A stretch of DNA of 64,000 bases from an uncultured Chloroflexia bacterium (GCA_963751345.1 CAVVUS010000008.1:8720-72719), one strand, 5' to 3'. Counted from the first letter of the stretch, positions 43,091 through 53,981 are shown. Made by a program: numbers and translations. Notes: generated by a model from the sequence alone, not told the origin.

Positions 43091-44117
43091 ATGATTCCTG
43101 TGCCGGCGCCGGTGTTATCGGAGCTTGCGGCTGCGTTTGGCACGCAGGCCGAGCTTCTCTCACTTCGGGGGTGGGCAGCCAGAGGGTGACGGCGTCATCT
43201 ATGCCTACCCTTATGAGGATGGGCGCCGCCTGCTCAAGATCATGGCCATGCCTGACGGCGATCAACGCATCGGTCGCCTCTGCCTGGACGAACGCTTACG
43301 CTTCGTGCGTTTCCTGGGTGAGAACGGCGCCCGCATCGTGCACCCACACTTTACGCCCCGCGGGAGCCTCTACGAGACGGTCGAAGCCGAGGATCACCTC
43401 TGGGTCGCCTATACGATGGACATCGTCGCCGGCAAGGGTCCGGCGCAGGACGCCTGGGACCCGGCGTTCTTCCGCGCCTGGGGACGGACTATCGGCCAAC
43501 TGCACCGCCTCGCCCAGCAGTACCCGTCCTGGCAGAGCGCGACCGATCCCGAGACCAGTGCTCCTTTCCTCACGTGGAAGGAGGAATGGGCGAGCTTTCG
43601 CGACTGGTGCCGGGACGACGACGTAAGGGACGCGTGGGTCGGGCTCAAAACGCAACTTGACGCGCTGCCCGTCACCCGAGACGCCTTTGGCTTCATTCAC
43701 AACGATCCCCACATCTGGAACCTGCGGGCTGATGGCGACCGCATCACGCTGCTGGACTTCGACGTGGCGAACCACCACTGGTTCATGACCGACATCGGCA
43801 TCGTGCTTCAGAGCGTGCTGATCTTCATTACCGGCGGCTTCCACGGTCCGCTGCACGATCGGGATCGGCTGCTGGCGTTCCTCGCGTACTTTGTCGAGGG
43901 CTACGAGCGCGAGAACGAGCTTGCTGCTGAGTGGTGGAACCGGCTGGACCTCTTCATCGCTTACCGGCGGATCCTGCTCTACATCGTCACGGAGGGCGAA
44001 TCGCCTACTCGCTCAGGGCTCCGTGCTTCTTGGAAGCGGATGATTCTCGCCAACGCTGATGTCGCCGGTCCTGCCTGGTATCAGGAGATGCAGGGCACGC
44101 TATCTGAGGAACGCTGA
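43091..44117 (+). CDS. APH/homoserine-kinase-type phosphotransferase (frameshift near 43155)
   Basis: G.TIGQLH, Brenner motif IHNDPHIWN, LLDFD, TDIG; ATG 43091 in another frame gives MIPVPAPVLSELAAAFG. Confidence 0.85.
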
Positions 44118-44283
44118 TCTCCGCGAGAGTCCCCGGAACTCCGGTATCGTGGGGCCCAGCACCTGAGCACGTATCGTCAGCGTCCGCACAATGTGAAACC
44201 CATCGCAGACGCATCTGTGCGGTTTGTCTACGGTGTGGCCTAGCGCGAAGTCAGTAGAGCCGTTCGGGAAAGGATTCCAACTT

Positions 44284-44316
44284 CGTTCCCGGCGGATCGC
44301 AGATCCGCCCGGAACG
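44284..44316. repeat. Palindromic repeat family B, copy 2 (between convergent genes)
   Basis: cgttcccggcggatc-gca-gatccgcccggaacg, 14/15 stem. Confidence 0.65.
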
Positions 44317-44360
44317 TATGCCTTGGGAACCGGTTACCGAAAAGCCGCTCTGCAACTGCA

Positions 44361-44765
44361 CTAGTCTGCAGCGGCTATAGAGATGTGTGCTTGGGCAATG
44401 AGCCAGGCGTCCCCACGCTTCTGCAACACGAAGGTAGCCCTCGCCAGCACGTCCCTCCTGTGACCTTCTCTCCTCAGATGGAATGCGGCATTCGCCGCGC
44501 CCCAGGCGACAGACCCTGCGGCAGAGATGGACATCCAGTCGTAGGAAATGCTCATAGCATCGGTATGTGACCAGTCTTTTCTGGCCTGTGCCTCGATCTC
44601 CGCCGGCCCGACGCGCTCCTCTTCGGCATCGGTACCGATGAGCACAACATCCGCGTCAGGCGAGAATATGGACTTCAAAGCTGACATGTCTTGTGCAGCG
44701 TAGGCGTCGCTCATCTTCTTCGCCATCTCTTTGACGGCGACCACGGTTGCAGCGTCCGCTTTCAT
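44361..44765 (-). CDS. SnoaL-like/NTF2 family protein, paralog 1
   Basis: MKADAAT...DADVVLIGT...R.T.VL.KRGDAWLIAQAHIS. Confidence 0.85.
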   Translation of the reverse strand: MKADAATVVAVKEMAKKMSDAYAAQDMSALKSIFSPDADVVLIGTDAEEERVGPAEIEAQARKDWSHTDAMSISYDWMSISAAGSVAWGAANAAFHLRREGHRRDVLARATFVLQKRGDAWLIAQAHISIAAAD

Positions 44766-44932
44766 TGTCGGATCCCCTCTCTTATCCTGCATCGTACCGT
44801 TATCGGTGCGATAGACATCGATATGCGCACTGCGGCGAGCCACCGCACACCTGCGCCAGGAGATGGGGGCAGACTTGATCCCGGCGCGGCCTGCGAGACG
44901 TAGAGGAAGGTTTGAGGGGTTATGAAGAGGCG

Positions 44933-44976
44933 CGTCTTCGAGACGCCCGTCCCGCAGGGCGCCCGCCTCGAAGACG
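44933..44976 (-). terminator. Hairpin between the SnoaL paralogs
   Basis: cgtcttcgagacg ... cgcctcgaagacg inverted repeat, 30 bp downstream of stop 45008. Confidence 0.4.
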
Positions 44977-45007
44977 GAGGTGCCATGTGCTCGGTGGTTT
45001 TCGCAAC

Positions 45008-45439
45008 TCAGCTCGGGAAGGATTCACCCTCGACCTGGTTGGGAGCAGCGAACGAGAAGTGAGACTGGACGATAAGCCACTTGTCCCCGCGCTTCTCCAA
45101 CACGGCTGTCCCTCTCCCCGGCAGTGCCATCTCCTGTCCTCCGGCCTTCATGTGGAAGGTCGCGTCTGCCGCTACCCAGGCGACCGGCCCGGCGGAGGAG
45201 ATGGACATCCATTCGTAAGAAAGGCCCGTCTCGTCTGCCTGTGACCAGTCCCGCTTGGCCTGCTCCTCAATCTGCGCCAGCCCAATGCGCTTTTCGTCCG
45301 CGCCCGTTCCGAACATAACCACATCGGCGTCAGGCGCTATTCGCGACCGCAGGAGTGCCAAGTCCTGCTTAGCGTAGGCCTCCGTGAAGTCATTCATGGC
45401 CGCCATCACACCTTCTCGTGTTGCCGCATCTGCCTTCAT
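45008..45439 (-). CDS. SnoaL-like/NTF2 family protein, paralog 2
   Basis: MKADAAT...DADVVMFGT...RGTAVLEKRGDKWLIVQSHFS; AAGGAG RBS. Confidence 0.88.
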   Translation of the reverse strand: MKADAATREGVMAAMNDFTEAYAKQDLALLRSRIAPDADVVMFGTGADEKRIGLAQIEEQAKRDWSQADETGLSYEWMSISSAGPVAWVAADATFHMKAGGQEMALPGRGTAVLEKRGDKWLIVQSHFSFAAPNQVEGESFPS

Positions 45440-45508
45440 GGTTGCTTCTCCTTTCATCATGGCGATGGGTTGTACTTGGTCATCAACCAATTTGAACCAT
45501 ACTTATAT

Positions 45509-45538
45509 ATTATAATACGCACATCTTCCAAAAGTCAA
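45509..45538 (-). promoter_or_regulatory. Near-consensus sigma70 promoter for the SnoaL genes
   Basis: Minus strand TTGACT-18 nt-TATAAT in an AT-rich patch. Confidence 0.7.
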
Positions 45539-45546
45539 TGGGAAGA

Positions 45547-45575
45547 TTGCGGGTAGTCTCTGTCGCCTGTATGAT
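45547..45575 (+). promoter_or_regulatory. Divergent sigma70 promoter for deoD
   Basis: TTGCGG-17 nt-TATGAT. Confidence 0.55.
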
Positions 45576-45641
45576 AGAGTGAGTCCAGTCACGGCAAGTG
45601 TCTGCGTCGCTGGCACGGCCACTGCCGAAGGGAGGTGTTCT

Positions 45642-46339
45642 ATGAGTATCCATATCGGTGCTGAGTCGGGCAGATTGCCCCGACGATCTTCTGCCCGGTG
45701 ATCCATCTGCGGGCCAAGTTCTTTGCGGAGACCTTCCTCGAGGATGTGGTGTGCTTCAACCGGGTCCGCAATATGCTTGGGTTCACGGGGCGCTACGGCG
45801 ACAAACACGTCTCGGTGATGGGGACGGGCATGGGCATTCCGACGCTCTCGATCTACGTTAACGAGCTCATCCGCGACTATGGCGTCACCACGCTCATCCG
45901 CGTCGGCACCTGCGGCGCGGTGCAGCCGGAGCTGGCACTGGGCGACATCGTCCTGGCGATGTCCGCCTCGACCGATTCGGCCGTCAATAAGCTGAGGTTT
46001 GGCGGCAGTGACTACGCGCCGACCGCCAGTTTTGACCTCCTTCTCAAGGCCTACGAGGTCGCGAGGGACCGCGGGATCGACGCGAGAGTTGGACCGATCT
46101 TCTCCAGTGACTCGTTCTATGGCGATGATCCCGATTGGTGGAAGGTCTGGGCCGGGTACGGGATTCTGGCGGTGGAGATGGAGAGCGCGGGCCTTTACAC
46201 GCTTGCGGCCAAGTTTGGTGCCCGGGCGCTGTCCGTGCTCACGGTCAGCGACAACATCGTGACCGGTGAGGCGGCGAGTTCGGAGGATCGTGAGCGTGCC
46301 TACCCGCGGATGGCGGAGATCGCGTTGGCGATCTCGTAG
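45642..46339 (+). CDS. deoD: Purine nucleoside phosphorylase, DeoD type (several indels at 45670-45710)
   Basis: MSIHIGA..G.IA.T..LPGDP.RAK across frames; [42 protein letters not shown]. Confidence 0.92.
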
Positions 46340-46509
46340 AGAACGGCCGGTGGCCCGTCTTCGGACGCAACGCCGTCGTCGACCGCCGCACACCCGTATC
46401 GGAGAAGACGCCGCCTCCGCGGGTACATTGCCGCGCAGAAGACGACCCGCCGGGTCGTCTCTACAACACCGCACATCTGCCGTCGTAGAGACGGGGTGGC
46501 CAGCCCTAC
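46336..46509. repeat. GTAG-type REP-like cluster, copy 2
   Basis: gtagagaacggccggtggcccgtcttc at 46336; agaagacgacccgccgggtcgtctctac at ~46437-46464; gtagagacggggtggccagccctac at 46485-46509. Confidence 0.8.
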
Positions 46510-46592
46510 GAAGGTCATCCATGCCTGTTCGCTTGCCCGGACGCAGCGGGTGCCTATCATGCCTGTCAAACATCTCACAGGCGGGAGGCGGC

Positions 46593-47720
46593 GTGGCACC
46601 AACGAACGACGAAACCAGGCAGGACAATCAACTCTTCGAGTGGCAGCTCTCCGACGAGGATAATGCCGCTCGCCATGCGGACTATCATTTCGACGAGGCG
46701 CGTTACTGGGGCGGGTTTTCCCGCGATCCTGTCAGCGTCGCGGCTGACAGGCTGCCCTCCTGGGCGATCGGGCCGTTCACCCGGCATTCCGGCAACCCGG
46801 TGTTGGCGCCGTCGCCGGACGGCTGGGACGTCGGGCGGTTTGGGGGTGGGGTGCACAACGGGGCGATCATCCGCCGGGACGGGGTCTTCCACTACGTCTA
46901 TCGCGGCGAGATGCCTTGGCCGCCCACCGGCAGCGGGAGGATCGACTACATCTGTGACATCGGCCTCGCCGTCAGCGACGATGGCGTGCACTTCACGAAG
47001 GACGCGGAGCACAGCCCGCTCTTCCGCACGGGCGACGACGTTCGCTACAGCTTCGAGGACGTCTCCATCGCCGAGTGGGAGGGTACCTATTATCTCTTCT
47101 GCAACCGCTGGGATTGGACGGACCACGACAATCCCGGCCACAATGGCACCTATTTGGCGGTGTCGACCGATCTGCAGCATTGGGAGAAAGTCGGTCTCGT
47201 CTTCCCACGTGCGGAAGCTATCCACCGCAACGGCGTGATCCTCCAGACGCCGGAGAACCGTGCCGTGCAGGTCGACGGGCAGTTCGTTATGTATCTCAAC
47301 GAGCACCTGATCGCGATTTCGGACGACATGGTTCACTGGACGTCCCACCGGATCGCGCCGGAGCACGCCTGGCCGGGCGGCGAGGGCTGTTTCGCGCTCG
47401 CCGATCACGATCCGGCGCGTCCCGACGACCTGGTGCTCTTCACCGGCGGGCACCACACGGGGCATTTCTACGCGATCGGCGAGGTGTTGCTCTCCAAGGC
47501 AGATCCCGAACGCCCGCTGGCCTGGCTGCCGCGCCCGGTGCTGGCGGCGGATCCGACCGTCCCCTGGGAGGACGGGCGATCGGCCGAGCCGCCGCACACA
47601 CCGGTCTCCGGCTTCCGCGACACCATCTTCTTCAACGGGCTGACGCGGCACGATGGGCGATGGTGGCTCTATTACGGCGGCAGCGAGGTCTATACCTGTC
47701 TGGCGCAGGCGCCGGCGTAG
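46593..47720 (+). CDS. Five-bladed beta-propeller glycosidase (GH130/GH43/GH32 superfamily)
   Basis: GNPVLAP, HNG, YVYRG, IGLAVSDDG.HF, FEDV, STDL.HW, IFFNG, LYYGGSE; GTG start after GGGAGG. Confidence 0.8.
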   Translation: MAPTNDETRQDNQLFEWQLSDEDNAARHADYHFDEARYWGGFSRDPVSVAADRLPSWAIGPFTRHSGNPVLAPSPDGWDVGRFGGGVHNGAIIRRDGVFHYVYRGEMPWPPTGSGRIDYICDIGLAVSDDGVHFTKDAEHSPLFRTGDDVRYSFEDVSIAEWEGTYYLFCNRWDWTDHDNPGHNGTYLAVSTDLQHWEKVGLVFPRAEAIHRNGVILQTPENRAVQVDGQFVMYLNEHLIAISDDMVHWTSHRIAPEHAWPGGEGCFALADHDPARPDDLVLFTGGHHTGHFYAIGEVLLSKADPERPLAWLPRPVLAADPTVPWEDGRSAEPPHTPVSGFRDTIFFNGLTRHDGRWWLYYGGSEVYTCLAQAPA

Positions 47721-47907
47721 CCGGGCTAGTCGCCGGCTCCTTGGTCTGTCCCGCGGCGCCGCAGCGGTCCGCCGGGAGGATGGCACGCCGCGGGCAGTCG
47801 AAGGAATCGAGCACAGCTTCGAGGCAACAGATCGAGGCGAGCCGCCGCCACATTGCCCTCCCGTTGCCGCTCGCGTATACTCACGTCACGAAACGCAGGA
47901 GGTGCTC

Positions 47908-48846
47908 TTGGCCGCATCCATTTCTGACGGCGTCTGGCCCACGATGGTCACGCCGTTCACGGCTGACGACAAGATCGACTTCGACGCCCTGGCAGCCCAG
48001 GTCGAGTGGTATCTTGCCCGCGGCGTCGACGGGCTCTTTGCCGTCTGCCAGTCAAGCGAGATGTTCTACCTGTCGCTCGACGAGCGCGTCGCGCTGGCGC
48101 GGGCGGTCGTCGAGCGGGTGGCGGGCAGGGTCGAGGTGATCGCCTCGGGCCACATCTCGGACGACTCTGGCCGACCAGGCCGACGAGGTTCGGCGCATCG
48201 CGGATACCGGCGTGAGCGCCGTGGTGCTGGTCACCAACCGCTTCGCCGCCCAGGATGAGCCGGATGACGTCTGGCGGCGCAACCTCGAAGCAGTTCCTGG
48301 GGATGATCCCCGACTCGATTCCCCTGGGCTTCTACGAGTGTCCGCATCCCTACAAGCGGGTGCTTGACCCGGAGACGATGGCCTGGTGCGCGTCGACCGG
48401 GCGCTTTATCTTTCTGAAGGACACCTGCTGTGACCTGGCCCAGATCCGGGCCAAGCTGGCGGTCGGCGGGCGAGTATCAAGCTCTACAACGCCAACGCCG
48501 CGACGCTGCTCGGATCGCTGCGGTCTGGCCGCGGGTGCGGCGGGGCCGCTGGGTATAGCGGCGTGATGGGCAACTTCCATCCCGCAGCTCTACGCCTGGC
48601 TCTGCCGCAACTGGCAGGCCGACCCGGCGGGGGCCGAGCGGCTGCAGGCCTTTCTCGGCGTCAGCTCGGCGCTGGAAGCGCGGGCGTATCCCGTCTGCGC
48701 CAAGTATTACCTGCAGCTAGAAGGGCGTGCCGATCGCGCTGCACACGCGTGCGCGTCCGGCATCCGACCTGATCGACGCCTTCCGCCGCGAGATGGCGCA
48801 GCTTCGCGCGATGACGGCGGAGTACGAGGCGGCGTATCCGTTGTAG
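47908..48846 (+). CDS. DapA/NanA-family class I aldolase (multiple frameshifts)
   Basis: GVWPTMVTPF, GVDGLFAVCQSSEMFYLSLDER, FYECPHPYKR, FLKDT; TTG start after AGGAGG; stop TAG 48846. Confidence 0.85.
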
Positions 48847-48903
48847 TCGACGTGGCATCGCTGCGCCCTGTGGATGGGCCAGCAACGCGAACAGGAGACC
48901 GCA

Positions 48904-49808
48904 ATGAGACCTTATACCGAAGCTGATTTTCTCAGGATCCGCGATTTCCTCGTGGCGACGTATGGCCACTTCCAGCGCTCCTACAACTGGACGATCGAGC
49001 GTTGGAACTTCTCCGTCTCGGTGGCGCGGACGATGCACGCGATCTCGATGGATACCTGGGCGTCGCAGATCGGGATCTGGGAGGAGGACGGCGAGATCGT
49101 GGGCGTGGTCAATGCCGAGGGCGAGGACGCCGGCGAGGCGTTCCTCCAGTTGGCCCACGAGCACCTGCCCGAGGCCCTGCTGCAGGAGATGCTCACGTTC
49201 TGCGAGGCGCGAATGGGCAAGGTGGAGGTGACAAGCGCACGATCACAGCTTTTCGTGCCGAGTGGAGACGTAGCGGCTGGAGACGATGGCGGAGGGCCGG
49301 GGCTTCGCCAGGCAGGCGTGGGTCGACCACGATGGCGTGCTGGAGGTGACCGGCGAGTTCCCCGTCGAGCTGCCGGAAGGCTATACGCTCGCCGACGGCA
49401 CGAGCGTGACGCCTGAGGAGAAAGGCGCTGCCCACGCCAAGGCGTTTGGCTACGCCGGTGACCCCGTCTATCCGCCGCGGGCGGTGGAGGGATTCCGCCG
49501 GATGACAGAGACGCCCGACTACCGCGCGGATCTGGATATGCACGTCCGCGCGCCCGACGGCGAGATCGCGGCCTTTGCGACGATGTGGTACGACGCGCGG
49601 AACCGGATCGGGATCCTGGAGCCGGTGGGGACGGTGCCTGCCCATCGCAAGTTGGGGTTGGGCCGCGCGGCCATCTATCACCTCGTCAATCTTGTGCGCG
49701 AGCGAGGGCGCCAGGCGGATCCACGTCGGGTCGGACCAGGCGTTCTACCAGCGGCTGGGATTCGTCGTCACGGACAAGTACTCCGTCTGGCACAAGGAGA
49801 TCACATGA
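48904..49808 (+). CDS. GNAT family N-acetyltransferase (frameshifts near 49275 and 49715)
   Basis: NWTIERW, EPVGTVPAHRKLGLGRA, FYQRLGF; AGGAG RBS. Confidence 0.8.
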
Positions 49809-51094
49809 CGATCCGGCCTCTGGCCGACGACTATGTGACGGTCTGTGAGTCGCCTGATCCGGAGCGGGTCTTCTGCTACAGCCCCGGCCTGGCCCGTCTG
49901 CCGGGCGGGCGTCTGGTGGCGACGACCGACTGGGGCGGCCCGGGCGTCGCCGATCTGCCCGGGCCCAAGGGCGCGGTCCCCGAGGGGAGTGGTGCCTGGC
50001 AGGGGCGCATCTACACGTCGGACAACCACGGACAGACCTGGACCTTTCGCGCCTATTACCCCTTCATGCACGCACGGCCCTTCGTCGCGGGCGAAGCCCT
50101 CTATATCTTGGGCCACGCGCGCGATCTCACGATCGTCCGCTCTGACGATGGGGGCGAGACGTGGTCCGAGCCCTCCCGGCTGACCGAAGGCCAATACTGG
50201 CACCAGGCGCCGTGCAACGTCCACACTACCAACGGCTGTGTCTATCTCGTGATGGAGCGCCGGGTCACCCGGGACATCACCACGTGGTACGTAGGAGAGA
50301 TGGCGCCGGTGCTGATGCGTGGGCCGCTGGATGCCGATCTCACCAAGCGGGAGGCGTGGACCTTCGCCTCTGAACTCTCGTTCCGCGATGCGATGCCCGA
50401 CGCGGAGACCGAACCGGCCATCGACTATTTTGGCGTGCCCTTCTGGGACTGCCCCTATCCCGCGGGCAGCAACGTGGCGCCGGGGCGTAACTGCGCCCCC
50501 ATCGGCTGGCTGGAGACGAACGTCGTCCGGTTCGTCGACCCCGACCATCTGTGGACCGACCCCACGGGCAGGACGTTCCACCTCTGGATGCGCGCGCACA
50601 CGGGCGGCACGGGCTATGCCTGCGTCGCCAAGGTGGTCGAGCAGGGCGAGGTGCCCGGGACCGGCCCGATGACGACGATGCTGGAGACGGTGCCGTCGGG
50701 CAAGAGGGCACTCTACGTCCCGTGCCCCGGCGGGCAGATGAAGTTCCACGTGCTATACGACGAGCCCACGCGGCTCTATTGGCTGCTCAGCACCCAAGCC
50801 ACCGACAGCATGACGCGGCCCGAGCGGCTGCCCGAGGACCGATTCGGCCTGCCCAACAACGAGCGGCGCCGGCTGCAGCTTCACTTCTCAAGGAACATGA
50901 TCGACTGGTGTTTCGCCGGGCTGGTTGCCGTGGGCCCGGTGGAACGAGCCTCACGCCACTACGCGAGCATGGTCATCGACGGTGATGACCTGCACGTGCT
51001 GAGCCGCTCCGGCGACGAGCGTGCTCACAGCGCCCACGACGGCAACCTGATCACGTTCCATACCATGCAGGGGTTCAGGGACCTGGTGTACTGA
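49805..51094 (+). CDS. BNR/Asp-box (sialidase-like) beta-propeller protein
   Basis: Asp-boxes YTSDNHGQTW and RSDDGGETW; YSPGL; AAGGAG RBS and ATGA overlap; the fusion with the GNAT in the ORF track is an artefact. Confidence 0.8.
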   Translation: MTIRPLADDYVTVCESPDPERVFCYSPGLARLPGGRLVATTDWGGPGVADLPGPKGAVPEGSGAWQGRIYTSDNHGQTWTFRAYYPFMHARPFVAGEALYILGHARDLTIVRSDDGGETWSEPSRLTEGQYWHQAPCNVHTTNGCVYLVMERRVTRDITTWYVGEMAPVLMRGPLDADLTKREAWTFASELSFRDAMPDAETEPAIDYFGVPFWDCPYPAGSNVAPGRNCAPIGWLETNVVRFVDPDHLWTDPTGRTFHLWMRAHTGGTGYACVAKVVEQGEVPGTGPMTTMLETVPSGKRALYVPCPGGQMKFHVLYDEPTRLYWLLSTQATDSMTRPERLPEDRFGLPNNERRRLQLHFSRNMIDWCFAGLVAVGPVERASRHYASMVIDGDDLHVLSRSGDERAHSAHDGNLITFHTMQGFRDLVY

Positions 51095-51156
51095 GAGAAG
51101 TGAGCGAGGGAAGGAATGCGCCGGTGGCTATCCCGTACTACCTACAGGAGACAATA

Positions 51157-52644
51157 ATGCCAGGAGACCCAACATCATCCTCGTGCTGTCGGACGAGCAT
51201 CGTGGTCAGGCAATGGCGCATGCCGGCGATCCCAACGTTCGGACGCCGGCGATGGATCGCCTTGCGGAGGAGGGGGTGAGCTTCAACCGGGCGTACGCGA
51301 ACTGCCCGATCTGCACGCCCTCGCGGGGCACCATCTTCTCCGGGCGCCACGCGCACGCAGGCCCCGTGTCCGGGTTCTTCGATGTCTACACGGCGACGGC
51401 ACCCAGCCTCGCCACCGAGCTGCGTGCGGCCGGGTATCACACGGCCTATTTCGGCAAGTGGCACTGCGGCATCGTGCGCGACCAGTTGCCGCCGAGCATC
51501 CGCAACTGGGAGGGCGAGCCGCTGCGCGGTTCCCGCCATCGGACGCCCGAACAGCACCGCGCCGGCTTTGAGGACTGGCTTGGCTTCGAGAGCCTCAACA
51601 CGCATTTCCAGGTCTCCGCCTACCGCAACGACGCCCTGGAGCCGGAGTGGTTTGATGGCTACGAGACGGACGTGCTCACCGATGAGGCGCTACGCTATCT
51701 TGAGACCTACGATCTTGAGCAGCCGCTTTTCCTCGTTCTGAGCGTGACGCCGCCCCACTTTCCGCTCATTGTCCCGGAGCGCTGGCGGCGACACGATCCC
51801 GGGGAGCTTGTCGTAAGGCCCAACTTCGTGGATCCTCTGGATCCCGACGGTGGGTGGGATCGCAAGCCGCCGGTCCACTCGCCGCCCTCGATGCGAGAGG
51901 CATTGGCTACCTACTATGCGATGGTCGAGAACCTCGACTGGAACCTCGGCCGGCTGGTCGATCAGCTGCAGGCCGACCCGCGTCTCGCCGGCGAGAAGAC
52001 GGTGCTCGTCTACACGGCCGATCACGGCGAGTTCATGGGCAGCCACGGCCTCTTCCAGCGCAAGGAGCTGCCGCACGAGGAGTCGGTGCGGGTGCCGCTC
52101 ATCTTCCACGCGCCGGGACGGATCGTTCCCCAGGGGCTGCGGCACGATGGCCTGCCGGGCCTGGTCGATCTGGCTCCGACCCTGCTCGGTCTGGCAGGAC
52201 GCCCGACGCCTGTGTGGATGCAGGGGCAGGACTGTTCGAAGGCGGTGGCAACCGGAGACGGGGCCCTACCCGAGGTCCAACTACTGGAGATGCACAACAA
52301 CCCACGCTGGAATCTGGACTTCCTCGATTGGCGCGGCTTCGTCACCGAGCGCTACAAGTACGCCTTCTACGAGACCGGTCGCGAGATGGTCTTCGACCTG
52401 GTCGAGGATCCGTACGAAATGCGCGACCTATCCGGAGAGCGCCCCGACCTGTGCTCGGAGCTGCGAACGCGGTCTACTGGATCTGCTGCGTGACACTCGC
52501 GAGCCCTTCTTCGATGTCGTCATCGAGCACGGCGTGCCCTGTGTACCCTCGCGCAACGTAGCAGCGGTCGACTACGATGTCGTAGGGGCGGTAGAGAGAA
52601 TGATACTCGATGCTGGGTCGCGTGGATGGGGATGCACTTCATGA
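51157..52644 (+). CDS. Cys-type sulfatase (frameshifts near start and near 52470)
   Basis: PNII.VLSDEHR, CTPSRG, GKWH, PPHFP, ADHGE, RVPLI, FDL.EDPYE. Confidence 0.88.
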
Positions 52645-53516
52645 TGCTGAACTACGTGCCCGTGACCGATCTGATTGACAAGCGCTATTCCTGCCGCTCT
52701 TACGACGCCACGCCGATCGCCGCGGAGACACGACAGCGGCTGATCGACTGCTCGACCAACGGAATGCCGGTCCCTTCGGAACGGAAGTGAGGGCCGGTCT
52801 GCTGGCGGCGACCGGTGAGGATCAGCAAGCCCTGAAGGGACTGGGCACGTATGGGTTCATTGCCGGTGCGACGGGTTACCTCGTGGGAGCAGTGCCGGTC
52901 GTCGCACCCGATGGCCTGGAGGACTTCGGCTATCGTGATGGAGCGCGCAGTTCTCTTCGCCACGTCGCTGGGCCTCGGCACCGTGTGGCTCGGCGGGCAC
53001 CTTCACCAAGAGCAGATTCGCGGCAGCGATTCGACCTGCGCGACGATGAGATCCTTCCCGCGGCGATCGCCACCGGCTACATCGCGGCCCGACCCCGCGG
53101 GCTGGACGCCCTGATCCGGCGCAGCGCGAAGGCCAACCAACGGCTGCCGTGGGAGAAGCTCTTCTTCGACGGCGCCCTTGGCGCCCCCCTGTCGCGGGAT
53201 GCCGTGAGCGACGACGACGCGATCGTACTGGAGATGGTGCGAAAGGGGCCATCAGCCTCGAATAAGCAGCCCTGGCGCATCCTGTGGGACGGCGAGCGTT
53301 GGCACCTCTACCTGCAGCGCACGCGCGGCTACGGCGCGCGCAACGGGCTGGTGAGTGTCGCCGACATGCAGCGGATCGACATGGGCATCGCGATGTGCCA
53401 CTTCGCGCTGACGTCTGAGGACGTTGGCGCTGCCCGGCCGCTGGGTGCGAGACGATCCCGCAATCGCCGTCCCTGACAGCCTCACGTCCTACGTGGCGAG
53501 CTGGGTGCCGGTGTAG
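52641..53516 (+). CDS. Nitroreductase family protein (multiple frameshifts)
   Basis: LIDKRYSCRSY, LGTYGFI.GA, SLGLGTVWLGG, GPSASNKQPWR, IDMGIAMCHF. Confidence 0.85.
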
Positions 53517-53551
53517 GCCGGGTCGCCAGGCACGGCAGTGGCCGTTTGGTT

Positions 53552-53981
53552 CTAGTCCGCTGTCGACCCCAGTAGCGCCAACACGCCATCCGTGAAGGCG
53601 ATCAGGTCGTCAAGGCCGGACGCAATGACAGCCTCGACAATCGCGAGGTCGAGTTCCTCATATTGGTGGACAGCCACGTTGCGGAAGCCGACCATGCTGA
53701 TCAGACGCTTTGCCGGAGGCCGCGGTCGATGACGCCGCGGTCGCCAAGCAGGCGAAGCTTTCTGCACTCGATGTCGGGATACCCAAGCGCCGGGCCTTGA
53801 TCACGTAGTTTGCCAGATCGATGGTCTGTTCGCAGTCCGCGAGTCACGTTGAGGATCGCCGCATCTTGTCGTGTGTAGTCCGTCGCAAAGCCGCCCCGGA
53901 CTTCCGGTGTTCCTCACGCGCGCGCTGAACACAGCGCTGGATGCTCTGAATCTTCTCGACGACGACATCGGGTACCGGCAT
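53552..53981 (-). CDS. hepT: HEPN (DUF86) ribonuclease toxin, type VII TA (multiple frameshifts)
   Basis: Across frames MPVPDVVVEKIQSIQRCVQR...QDAAILN...CEQTIDLA...MVGFRNVAVHQY (Rx4HxY). Confidence 0.85.

Noticed and set aside
45576-45641. Purine riboswitch upstream of deoD
   Set aside because: The leader is short and lacks the conserved purine-riboswitch core and terminator
45670-45710. Programmed frameshifting or phase variation at frame breaks
   Set aside because: No slippery heptamers or long homopolymers recur at the breaks; the distribution fits sequencing error
49286-51094. Apparent GNAT-sialidase fusion (602-aa ORF)
   Set aside because: A frameshift near 49715 joins two genes; the GNAT ends at 49808 and the second gene has its own RBS and ATG at 49805
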